A stretch of 39,122 nt of DNA from Paramecium tetraurelia (Eukaryota), in assembly GCA_000165425.1 (NCBI GenBank), contig CT868667.1, forward strand, positions 310,001-349,122, written 5' to 3'. Below the pieces are notes generated by a model. It made no database searches. It was not told where the DNA came from and was given only the letters and a program-made list of their open reading frames with translations. Position numbers and translations under genes: made by a program. Shown in pieces: positions 13,269-25,303 of the stretch; the stretch's first letter is position 1; each line of letters opens with the position of its first letter.

Positions 13269-14121
13269 ATGGGTAAGAGAATCAGAGCACAAAGAAAGGG
13301 CAAATCAAACAGTGTTTTCAAAGCACATCAAAATTAAAGAATCGGATCTCCCTAATACAGACATCTTGATTATGCTGAGAGACACGGCTATGTCAGAGGT
13401 GTGATTTCTGCTATTCGTCACGATCCAGGACGAGGAGCTCCACTTGCTGAGGTTGAATTCAACGATCCATACAAATACAAGAAGGTCACCAAACTCTTCA
13501 TTGCTCCTGAAGGATCATACACTGGCTAATACATTTATTGCGGAGCAAAAGGTAACATTTAGTTTGTGAATCTTAGCTTAATTGGCCACAGGAAATGTAC
13601 TTCCTATTGGATAAATCCCAGAGGGTACAGTAGTTTGCAATTTGGAGGAACACCCAGGAGACAAAGGAGCATTGGGAAGAGCAACTGGTTGTTATGCCAC
13701 CATTATTGGTCATTCAGATGATGGAACAACAACAAGAGTTAGATTACCATCTGGTACCAGAAAAACACTTAGTGCTCTTTGCAGAGCCACAGTCGGTAAT
13801 TTATTTGAATTTATTTTAGGATTGATTGCTGGAGGAGGTAGAACTGAAAAGCCCATTCTTAAGGCAGGAAGACAATTCCACAAATACAGAAGACTTAGAA
13901 AATGCTGGCCAAAAGTTAGAGGTGTGGCCATGAATCCAGTTGACCATCCTCATGGTGGTGGTAATTAACAACATATTGGTCATCCATCCACACTTTCAAG
14001 ATATGCTCCTCCTGGTCAAAAAGTCGGTCTTGTTGCTGCAAGAAGATCAGGTCTACTCAGAGGTGGTGCCTAACTTAAACAAATGGACGAAGATTTGGCA
14101 GCACAATAAGCAAAAAAATGA
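13269..14121 (+). CDS. RPL8: 60S ribosomal protein L8 (uL2)
   Basis: [11 protein letters not shown]...[10 protein letters not shown]...RVRLPSG...[14 protein letters not shown]...[20 protein letters not shown]...[15 protein letters not shown]. Introns 13552-13576 and 13796-13819; TGA 14119-14121. Confidence 0.99.
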
Positions 14122-14153
14122 TATTGATTATCTATAATCGTACAATAAAATTT

Positions 14154-15479
14154 ATGAATTATAATCTCAAAACTTTCGATACCATCAAATGGTTACGAAA
14201 TCGTTACAAGTCTAGGGTTAAAGATTAATACATTCTCTATGAATCAGAACTCAAAGAATAAAATATGATGAAAGCAGTCTTTAACTCTATTGATAGAGAT
14301 AAATCAAGTATAAAGTATCTCTTAAAATTCATTAGAATTTCTAGATAGATCTGAATTGTACGACATGTTCATTAAATATGGAATCAACATCAACAAATCA
14401 AAACTAAAAGAATTCTTCAAAAGCATTGATGAGGATGAAGATGGTAATAGTTAAATATCAATACTCTTTAGATAAATTAAATTGGACAGATTTTAAGCAA
14501 GCTCTCAAAAATCAAGAAGCCTTAAACAGTATCATAAATTTCACCATTTTTAGTGTTTGTTTAATTAATGAAGAAAATAAGAGAAGACTATGAAATAAAT
14601 AAAATAGATCCTACTCAACTACTAACCTTTGTCCCTTTGAGTTTTCCCTAAATGATACAATACATGAATTATTGTGTCTTGAGAGAAGAGATTATTGATA
14701 AGATAGAATCTGAGAATATCAACAATTATCAAAAGCACAAATAATGTGTAAATCTTCTTACTTTAGAAGATAATTGCTACAGAAACATCAAGCAGAATAT
14801 TGCAGATGATAATGACTCAGAAGATGAAATCAAGAATGTTTCGAAAATTGATCACTCATAATTATTATAAATGAAAAGGTTTCAAGAAAGAGAACTCAAA
14901 TTCAAAAGATTAGTAAAAATTATATCCATGTATAGGAAAAAGTCATAGATATAAGCAAAAGAAAGTTTTATTCAAATCCAACCTAAGATTTAGGTATAAC
15001 GGACAATGTAAGATTGTAAATATTATAGATTTATTTATAGGTCAAATATTACAGATATTAAAGTCAATCTCTCATAGGAAATTAATAAAACCAGAGAAAA
15101 TGTTGATAAATTTTTAGCTATCCTTAATAATGAAAAATTGATATTGCAAAAATCAAGGCAAGCATCTCGAGTTTCCTCTAGATAAAGATCAAGAGAGAAG
15201 AAAAATGGGATTTTTAAGAAGAACACAATCCTGGTTGAAGCAGAGAAAGAATTATTTAATGCTTCTGCTCCATAGTAAAACAAATTTAAAATTCTAAATT
15301 CTGGATCTCTAAATAAACAAAAAGTACTTATTATGCATAAATTCTATAAAGTATCCAAGAGAAAGGATATTATCATTAAATGTAAAATATAAATGAAACC
15401 ACCATATGTCATTCATCCTGATTGTTATACTAATTTACACAAAAATTATTTATATATCTCTTTTTCAAAACTTTATTGA
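14154..15479 (+). CDS. EF-hand calcium-binding domain protein (ciliate-type)
   Basis: ATG 14154; introns 14308-14335, 14444-14471, 14529-14553. EF-like loops FNSIDRDKSKFLDRSEL and FKSIDEDEDDKLNWTDF. Frame stays open to TGA 15477-15479, but the 3' end is uncertain (an extra intron could end it near 15396). Confidence 0.75.
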
Positions 15480-15499
15480 AAGATTACTAAGATTTATTA

Positions 15500-17030
15500 A
15501 TAATATGTTCTTCAAAATATCCGAGCTCATTTATTACATAAATTAGATGAACGACAATATATTGTATATCGAGCTAGGATATTGCCAAAAAATGGCATTG
15601 TCTAAAATCTTGATTCATATATTATATCATATTAATTATTTCAAACTTTCGATTTACTTTACATGATCATCCAATATTTAGGTGTATTCTTCGTTTTTAT
15701 TACAATTTTATAATGCTTTTTTCATTTATTAAGAATATGATTAGCTCATTTTTTTAACATTTTATTCTAAGTATACTTTTAGCCAATCATCAAATTCCTT
15801 GCTCCAAAAATCTATGTTTAATATCATAAATTACTTTTTTCGAAAACTTTTGCAAAAAATTTTATAAATAATTCATTAGAACAATTAAACCCATATTTAG
15901 CTCTATCATCAAATTCCTTCTAAAGTTTTTTAATAATCTCATTCTAATTCACCTGAGTAAAATTATAGTCTAAGACCTCTAACAATTATTTATATGAACG
16001 AATTAAAGAAATGTGTTTTTAAAAAATCCTTTTAAGTTCATTGTCTCCAGAAGGATTATATTTAATATCTTCTATTAATGATTTTTCACTTCTATATCTT
16101 GTTCTATTGAATTGTCTCAATAAAACTGGGAATAGTTTTTTATTCATGAATAAAAATTTAACTATATAAAATACAATTTGGAGTTAATTTGATAATTATA
16201 TTCTTAGCAGTATTTTCTTAACGATCTACGATACTTATCATTCTAATAATATAATTAATGATCAATAAATTATTTCAAAACTATTTACTATTCTTCTGAT
16301 TTCTCTTCCTTTGATTCTGGCTTTTTTTTGATTAATTATAAATTATTTATAATTGTAAAATACATTATTGATTTTTGTTATTACTTTTTCACCTCTTGAG
16401 AAATGTAGTTAAGATCTGTTTACAAATTTTACTCATCTAAATGTTATATATTTAAAGCATGAACATTGACTCAAAAATATAAAATATCAAAGTTTTTTTT
16501 GATGGTATTTATGAGAATATTGTTATTAATTAAATTTCACATCTTTGTAGGACACAACAAAATTATTTTATCCTTTATTGTAATAACATTATAGTTTTCA
16601 AGAAATAAGGCCTTGTAATAATAATTTGAATTCATGACATAATTGATATTCGAAAAATTAATCAAGTAGATATATCTTCTCATAAAAATATTTCTAATTG
16701 CCTTCTTATTTGAAATTCTTGAGATTAAAATGGCATCAATATATCATTTAATTATCTAACTTCTATGATATTCTCAAGTTAATCTAAATTTAGTGTTTAG
16801 GATTAATCCCTAAGGTTATTTCATATTTTGTTTTCTGATTTTAAAAGATTAAAAAAAGAGATTTTATTGCTCTTTGAATTTTATCAATTTAAAGTAATTG
16901 ATTTAGATATTTATTAGAGTACTTTGATCATATTTTTTATTTTTAATTGGATTTTTACATTGACTTGCATCTATCAGTATATCACCAAGGATTTTTGATT
17001 GAAAAAATTGTTTTAGTTTTTAATGGATGA
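15500..17030 (-). pseudogene. Probable degenerate gene remnant (weak Cys-rich, possibly RING/IBR-like fragments)
   Basis: Minus strand has coding-like purine-rich composition and fragments such as NQDFRQCH..GNILARY..CNK, but every frame I followed hits TGA stops not explained by introns. Confidence 0.25.
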
Positions 17031-17146
17031 TTTTTCCCTCAATTTTTATTGAGTAAATTTTTTGATTATGAATTTGGAGTATATCTTAGATATATAAATT
17101 ATTTAAGAATAATCTCAATTAATCATTAATTATTCCACATCATTAA

Positions 17147-17801
17147 ATGTCAGGAAAAGCAATCATATAAAAAGCCGCCCCCTTCTTCAAAACAAATGCC
17201 TGGTATTATCAATAAATCTATTCATAAGGAATGCTACTAAAAATGCTATTGAATAAGTTCAATTGACTGATTTCAAAGGCAAGTATTTATTGCTTTTCTT
17301 CTACCCATTGAATTTCACTTTTGTGTGCCCCACAGAAATCATCTAATTCTCTAAGTTAGCTAAATAATTCAGAGAAAACAACTGTGAAGTCCTCGGATGT
17401 TCAGTTGATTCAGTCTTTTCACATGCTGAATATGTGAAAAAGCCCAAAGCTGATGGAGGTTTAGGAGGATTGGACATTCTCCTTTTATCTGATTTGACCA
17501 AACAAATCTCTTCAGATTATGGAGTTCTTACAGATAGTGGACTTTCACTAAGAGGAACATTCTTAATTGATGGTAATTAAAATTTACGTCATGCTTCAAT
17601 TAATGATGCCCCAGTCGGAAGGTATTAAAAATCTCTACCTCTAGAAATGTAGATGAATATCTAAGATTATTGTAAGCATTCTAATATGTCGAAAAACATG
17701 GTGAAGTATGTCCAGCTTCATGGAAACCAGGATAAGCCACCATTAAACCAGATATTGAAAAATCAAAAACCTATTGGTAAAATACACATGCCAAAAATTG
17801 A
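17147..17801 (+). CDS. Typical 2-Cys peroxiredoxin (AhpC/TSA family)
   Basis: ATG 17147, TGA 17799-17801; introns 17203-17228, 17622-17644. Motifs DFKGKYLLLFFYPLNFTFVCPTEI, CSVDS.FSH, GGLG, LRGTFLID, PVGRNVDE.LR, HGEVCPASWKPG. Confidence 0.97.
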
Positions 17802-18832
17802 GATGAGTTCCTTTATATATAAAATATATATAAAATATATCTTACAGAATTATATTATTATTTTCTTATTACTGGTGTTTGTATTTTGTAAAATATTTAA
17901 TGCTTTCTATATTTACAATTGTTATAAACCAGAGATCCAAATTTTTTCTTATAAAATTTATTATTTATGAAAGCAAGATATCAAAATAATATTGAAATAA
18001 AATCACTAACATAACTTCCTCTTTAAAATTTAATATATATAATTAATTGCCTTTATTTAGCTAACCAGCTATTTAGAAATATCATAAAAATAATCAATTC
18101 ATTAGTGAACATGGAAATAGAAATAATTTTAATATTATTTTTATTGATGAACTTATAATTCAATAAGTAAATAATAATCTAATAATTTAAATCAGATTTT
18201 TCAGAAACAATATTTGCTGATCATTTTCAGTGTTTTTTCGATACAATCTTATAAAATCCGCAAGATAATCATATTTTCTTAGGTATTTTAGTCTAATTAT
18301 TTATATATTAATTTATTTCAATTCATAATATTTATTTCTCCCTTAATAATGATAATATAAGTTGGAGAGTAAAAAATTAACACTTGATAAGTTTACTCTA
18401 AAAAATAAATCAAGATCAATACTCTAATCAGATCCCTTCATATTTATAAGGTATATTTTCATGATGGTTTTGAATAAGAAATAACATATATTGAAGGAAT
18501 ATCTTCTAACAATTATCATTACTTTTTATGTATGAGAAATAATCATATACTGAAATTTAATTAAATGACTGCTTGATTATTAATATTAAAATATATTTCA
18601 TGAAAACTTTATATTTGAGTTTAAGTATTCAACTACAAAAATTTAGAGATATCTACCGATAGAATCGAAAGTAGTTGGAGTTCTAAATTTTCTATTTATT
18701 TTAATATCTGCATTTAATACGCTAATTGACGTAATATATTGAGAATTACTAACATAATAATATTAGATCTGATTTGATACCTTACATTCTTTCATATTTT
18801 ATTGAAGTTAATTTTAGAGTGATGATTAAAAT

Positions 18833-19093
18833 ATGGAGATTTATTATAGAATAAGTTTTGAAATCATACTGAGGCTCTATGAAGAATGTACTATTAGTAC
18901 TGATGAAAAGAGGTTTTTAAAAGACTATGTAATTAATTAAACCACAGTACTGAGTTTGAAAAGCAAAAGTGAGATTGAAGGCTTGATTCAGTTTAGATTA
19001 AAAATTTTTAGAAAAAAATGGACTTTTAAGTAACTTTCTTCAGATAGTCTTCATTCTATCAATGAAGAAACAGATAATAATGAAGAAGATTGA
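18833..19093 (+). CDS. Small hypothetical protein (possibly truncated)
   Basis: Intronless 86-aa code-6 ORF MEIYYRISFEIILRLYEECTISTDEKRFLKDYVINQ...SINEETDNNEED*, with protein-like composition; no recognisable domain. Confidence 0.4.
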
Positions 19094-19399
19094 TGTTATA
19101 TTCTTGATCTTACTTAAACAATTTAATTATAAAATTAATTCAATTGGAAGTAAGAAGAAGAAAAATTAAAGTGTTAATATAATAAACTCAACATAAAGCC
19201 TACCAGGAACTCCTGCCAAAAAATTACACTATCAACTTTTAATAAAATGATTGCATTTAATTTATTTTTAATTTGTCTTTATAAAATAATTATTATTTTA
19301 CGAATCAATATATAAAAACTAGTTTAACTTACTTTTGTTTTCACATAAGTTAAATGAAGATTTTCTCATATCTTTAAAATATTCAGATATTAGTTCATA

Positions 19400-19900
19400 A
19401 TAATTAGGTACTAATAGAGCTAGGAACAATTTAAAGTGATTACACAAATAAGAAAATTTTCTCCTATTTTATTGATTCAAAAACTCTAGTTTAATTGTCA
19501 TATCCTACTAAAGATATTAAGTTAGTAGGTTTATTGCATAAAATCTTTTTCCTATTTTATTTAACCTTAATTAATGAACTCGAATTAGAATGGCTTAGGA
19601 TTAGGTTTTGATGTATTTGGGTTCTATTGTTATTCTAAATTTAATTCAAAAAAACTTTGAATTAATAGATTCTCATTTTCTTCTTAATTTATTGAATTGT
19701 TCAGATTTTCTAAGTATTTATAGTCAGTTTGACAATTACATTAATTAATTGAGTTGCTAATAATGTTTTGAAACTAGTAAGTTATCAATTCTAACTATTT
19801 TCAGATTAACAAGTATTCATTATTAAAACAATTAATGAGAATGAAATTTTATTTCATATTAAATTTATTGAGAAAATTAGGATACTTAAATATATACTAT
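19400..19900 (-). pseudogene. Degenerate WD40-family remnant
   Basis: Minus-strand fragments PKPFQFEFINQGQIKQEKD and SLVGYDNQTRVFES lie in different frames and resemble the linker/first blade of the intact WD40 gene at 26392-28131 (SFSYQII...YEQGELCQALAIN...IAIASECNINIL). Interrupted by frameshift and TGA. Confidence 0.35.
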
Positions 19901-20127
19901 TAAATCAAACTCCATTACTCTTATGATACTCTGAAATGTATTTTTTTAAATAAAAAGGCCAGATTTCAGCTAAAAATTACAATAATGATGGTATTATTGG
20001 GATTGAGAATCAACTATTTCTAGAATTGACATCGAGCCATAAGATTGGTAGCTGATATTCAGATAGAATTTAATTTTAGTATAAAATCCTATTATTAATA
20101 TTAATTAGAGATTCATTTTATTAGCTA

Positions 20128-21756
20128 ATGGGGTGTTGCTGTCGTAGATAAAAAAATCCTACAAATATCTTGAGTAATTAAGTGCGAATAATCCCTTAAT
20201 TAAAAAAACCTGAAGAATTACTAGCGTAACCTGTTGTTATTCCAGACTCGCCAAAGGGTTTGAAGTCTAAAAAAAAAGAATTAGATATTAGAACGATAGA
20301 TTTACTAGAAATGTCACATGTAATGGATCATTTATCTTAAACTTCAATTAAATCTGATGAGTCAATTATAAACAAATTTTAGTAAAAAATTGAAGAACTT
20401 GAATAAGAATAGGAGTAGTTTAATAACAAAAAAACATCAATTGAAACATAATTAGTTAATTCCTTTGTTTCAGATTAAACCTAATCATAAAACTATTCAA
20501 ATAATCCTGAACTTATTGGAGTTAAAATAAAAAATCGCAATATTTGCGATATCTAAAATAAATATGATTTCTCTGAAGTAAAAGATTTTACAGAATATCG
20601 AGGATAGATTTACATAGAGAGATTAATTTAAAAATAAAAATCTTCTATTTGCACATATATAGGTAAGATAGAACAAAAATATTGTTGTGTCAAATTAATA
20701 CCTATGGCAAAACAAATACATATTGATAAATGGATAAAAAGTGTTTAAATTGCTCAGCAATAAATAAATAATTATTTTTTTCAGAAATACTGCTATTATA
20801 AAATTGAAAAAATAAAAGAATAGCCAGAATATTGCAATTGCTTTATTCTTTGCAATTTAGAGCAATTTAATGTTTATACTTTTAGGTATTATTGAATAAT
20901 TATAATTAGCCATCATTAAGCTATAACCTTTAGAGAAAAAGTGTCAGTTGCTCCTGATATCATCTAAATTATCTGGTTTGCTTTATAGGAATATGATTAA
21001 AAACACTAATCTAATCCTGAAAAATTATCAGATTAGATATTTAAAACAATGTTTACAGTGAAGAGAAATAATATTTTGATATCCAGGTGCAAAATAGAAA
21101 AAAAATTAAAAGCAATCCTTTCTGATTGGCAATTATTACTCCCGGAATTTGAACAGATCATTCCTAACAAAATATTGTAAAATTAAGATAACCTTTTTGA
21201 GACACTTTAATAATAATAAATTAGTCAAATATTATACTAAAATAATAGAAATCTAGCATAGATAGCCCCAAATTCATAAAATCTTTAAGACCAAATTTAA
21301 CTAGGAATTATGAACAGATAGTCGTAGTTAGTTGATAAGTTCTCAAAATACCTTATGAAACTATTATTTTTCAGATCTAATTTTGAGTATTTCTATTGTT
21401 AATATTTAGGTTACTAAATGATGTAAGCTTGGATGGATTTTTTAATCAAAATGAATTTTAAAATAAGTGCGAAATTTTAAGACCAATTGAGAACCAGGAT
21501 TTATTATTATAAAAAGAAAATTGAAGGATGTAAATTAAAGAGAACGCAGCATCCATAATATAAATCAGATTAAATAGAATTTATGAATAAAAAGTCTTCA
21601 GAAATGTGCAATTTATTTTAATTAAAGCCAGAAGAAAATTTGAAATCTTATTATGAATTTTATTTGATAATCAATAAATTTGTATGTGAAGAAATGCGAT
21701 CTCATTTTATTTAATATAATAAGACAAATGAAGCTACATTAATAACCAATCAATGA
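20128..21756 (+). CDS. N-terminally acylated hypothetical protein with degenerate protein-kinase-like fold (pseudokinase candidate)
   Basis: ATG 20128 (MGCCCRR), one 24-nt intron 20886-20909 containing an in-frame TGA, stop 21754-21756. Kinase-like remnants YIGKIEQKYCCVKLI, FTVKRNNILI, AILSDW. Confidence 0.75.
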
Positions 21757-23187
21757 ATTATAAAAAATGAAATATAATTAAAACCAATATTATAATTTAA
21801 TTTTAGTTATTTTTAATAAAAATGGTATAAAATTCATACTTGTTTCATTTAAGAATTCAAAATCTTTAGTTCTGTTAGTTTACCTTTTTAGTATGTTAAA
21901 ATTTAAATGTGTATTTTGATTGATCTCAATAAATAGTTAAAGATTTCAAGAAAATCTCTAAAATCGTCAAATTAATAGTTAAAATAAAACCAATCATTTT
22001 TTAGTCCACCAAGTCTTATTTTTTGATTTTTAATTATGATATTTATAAGAAAATTTCAGATATTTGGCTAATTAATTTTTTCAAGGAACATCCTTCTATT
22101 TTTATTAATTTCAATAGAAAATTCAATTCCTCCTCTTTTTTTTGATCTAGAACTGCTAATTGTCAATAATCTTCTTTTATGAGAATAAAACTTAAAAGTT
22201 TTATTAAGATACTTATTTTTTTTTTTATATTTATTGACAAGTGGTTTTACTTTTTTGAATCATCATGAGTTTCTTTTCAAAATTAATATTCTCTTTTTTC
22301 AATCAATCTTAACAATCCTTCTTAAATTGATTAATTAAACTTTTATGAATGTTCTCAATTCTTTTTAATTATAATTATCTAATTAGTTTATTGTAAAACA
22401 AAAGTTTTGGTATCATTATATTAAATATTGAGAAAAAAATATAATAATTTTATTTACATATTTCAAATATATTATGATAGTTTCTTATCTTATTCAACGA
22501 AAGTAAGGTTGAATATACATTCATACATAGAATGAATAAGTAAGATTCATCATTCCGAAAACAAGGATATATTGCAAAATTTAAGCCTTAGAAAATTAGG
22601 TTAGAAATTAGAGAAGACTAATTTCAATAAAGGGAAGCATTGTTGAATATGAAAGAATTTTTTCGTAAAGAATTAAACAAAGTATGCCACCATCTTCTGA
22701 AGCTAAACGAAACTACCTTTATATCGATATATTATAATAGAAGAAATTCTTCTAGAAAAAGCATAAAATCACTTAATAACAAATTATCATAATATTCGGT
22801 AATAAGGTTTGAGATTTCACTAAATTTACTGAACATTACATTTATTAGTAAGAATTATTGGCATTACAAATCAATGCTTTCTGGGTTGTTTGATAATTGA
22901 TAAATTATCATATTTTTCATTAAACTAAATCTTACACATTTTTGAATAAGCATTCTATTTATTCTTAACTATCATATGATGATTATTTCATGTATTTATT
23001 TTTATCAATCATATTTCAAACCTGAACTCTAGCTCTTAAAATATTTTATAAAGCCATAGTACTAAGGATTTCAAAAAATAAAAATTGCCATAGAAATTAT
23101 GGAAATGAAAATATAAAACAATAATAATTTTTAAAAGCTGGTTAACACCAGTTATACTCTAGAGTTGCTATAATATTATCATATTTC

Positions 23188-25303
23188 TCAGTTTATGTAA
23201 TTGATTTCCTTAAGTTTTATCTTTCCAACCAAATCTATTTCTTCCCATTTACCAACTTTTTTATCATTTTTATATTGACCACTGTAAACGATTTACTACA
23301 AATAATGAAACCCACAACTTAACTCAATCCAACTCCCAATTTTTTTTGAATTTCCATCTTCATATGATCCACCACCGCTAAAAATTTAGTTTTTCTAATA
23401 TCTACATTTTTTCTCGCTCTCCATTTAAGTTATCCTTATACCAAATATCCCATCTTCCAACTTTTTTACCATTTTTATATTGACCATGATATGTGATTTA
23501 CTATTGTGCCTTGAAGCCATCACTCATCTCAATCCAATTTCCAATTTTAATAGATGATTCTCCATCATATTATCCACCTCCACTAATATGATAATTATAT
23601 TTACATTATTTCAAACTTTTCTTAATTCCATGGTCTATACATTGTATCCCATCTACCAACTTTACTATTTTTTTGGTATTAACCATTATAAATGAGTTAT
23701 TAGCCCAACCCAAAGCCATCTCTGATCTCAGTCCACCTTCCAATCTTAATTGAGCCTTCCTCGTCATACTACCCACCACCACTGAAATACTAGATTATCA
23801 AAATTACATCTGTTCAAATTTATCATCTTTTCTATACCAAGTAGTCCATTTACCAACTTTACTACCATTTTTATATTCTCCTTTAAAAATTAATTAAGAA
23901 TAATCCCAAAATCCATCACTAAGTTCAATCCACTGGCCAATTTTGATTTTGCCTCCTTTATCGTATGATCCTCCTCCACTAAATTTATTGAATCAATTTA
24001 AATTTTACATCTATTCAAACATTTCCTTACCTTTCTCCCTATATAAAATATCCCATCTACCAACTCTGTTATTATTTTTATATTCACCATTATAAGTAAC
24101 TTATGAACGCTACCAAAACTCATTACTTAATTCAATCCATGTACCATTCTTACCATTCCAGTTATATTCTCCTCCACCCCTAATTGTTTTATATAAATCC
24201 TTACACCTCTTCTTTTTCAGATATGTACTTCCAATTCCCTATCCTTTAACCATTATCATATATTCCTACTTCATATACCTACGCCTAGCTGATGCTTAAT
24301 GATAATTAATGCGTACCTCCAATAATTCTTGATGATATCTATCCATTAGCCATCTTTTTTACCATTAATTGAGTATTATCCACCTACATCCTTTAATATC
24401 TATCCATTCCAAGTTGCTGTCCATTTTCCAAACTTTTTCTTATTCTTCCCGTAAATACCAACCCACTTTAAATTTTATATTTGTTCTAGATTATTGAATA
24501 AATCAGAGGACTAAATTTCTTTATTTTAATCACTATTTGAGTCTAATAAGAAAATAGAATTTTACACTCCAATAATTTTTCCATCCCTCAAATATTAAGT
24601 TTCTTATTCTTGAGTAAAGACTATTTGGATTCTTATTTTTCTGTATTAATATAAAGTATCAAAATAATCCCAATTGGTCATCATTTTCTCCTAAGTGCTT
24701 CCTTGCCAGGAATTTTGTTCATGTTATTCAATTCTATTAAGTTAACAAATTATCTCACTAATCAATTGAGGAAATATTCTTCATTTCAACTTGAAATCTT
24801 TATTCATACATATTCATTTCTTGAACTATCCAATTCAATGCTTTGGTAAATTTCATCTGATAAGATTTTTTTTGGGCATCCCAATTACTCAAAGTATTTC
24901 CTTCTAACATATCTACTAACTTATCCAAATCAGAGTTTTAGGATTCTATTGGATTGGCATTATTATATATAAGATGGATATACTATTAATCTTATTAGTC
25001 AATCTTATCAAGTGTGTAGTTAATATCATCAATCACTTGTTAGTGTAATTTCCGAATCCTCTCTTCTATATCCGATAGGGCAGATTTTAAAATTGTTTTG
25101 ATAGTTAATTATTATTATTGGTCATCAAGTTTGTACTCATTAACCTTTTCAGTTAATCTATCTTAAAACAGTTCTATGGGGAGAGGTCTTTTGCTAGATT
25201 TATGCTCGTAAACACATATATGACATAGTTTTCGATTACATTGATGGGAATCAATACATATTGTAGTTACTTAACAGTTTGGGTGATGAGTGCATTAGTA
25301 CAT
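23188..25303 (-). CDS. Paramecium-type MORN-like (GGGxYD...KxGxWxE) repeat protein with N-terminal Cys/His zinc-binding-like and helical domains
   Basis: ATG at 25303, TGA at 23190-23188; introns (+ coordinates) 24734-24758, 24289-24316, 24180-24204, 23979-24008, 23782-23807, 23583-23604, 23378-23405. Repeats such as GGGSYDKGGKIKIGQWIELSDGFWDYSQLIFKGEYKNGSKVGKW. Confidence 0.9.

Noticed and set aside
21757..23187. Possible minus-strand gene
   Set aside because: Multiple TGA stops in the frames examined; no supportable model.
23188..24320. ~200-nt periodic repeats as a CRISPR-like array or satellite
   Set aside because: Units are degenerate, protein-coding and separated by spliceosomal introns; there are no identical direct repeats.
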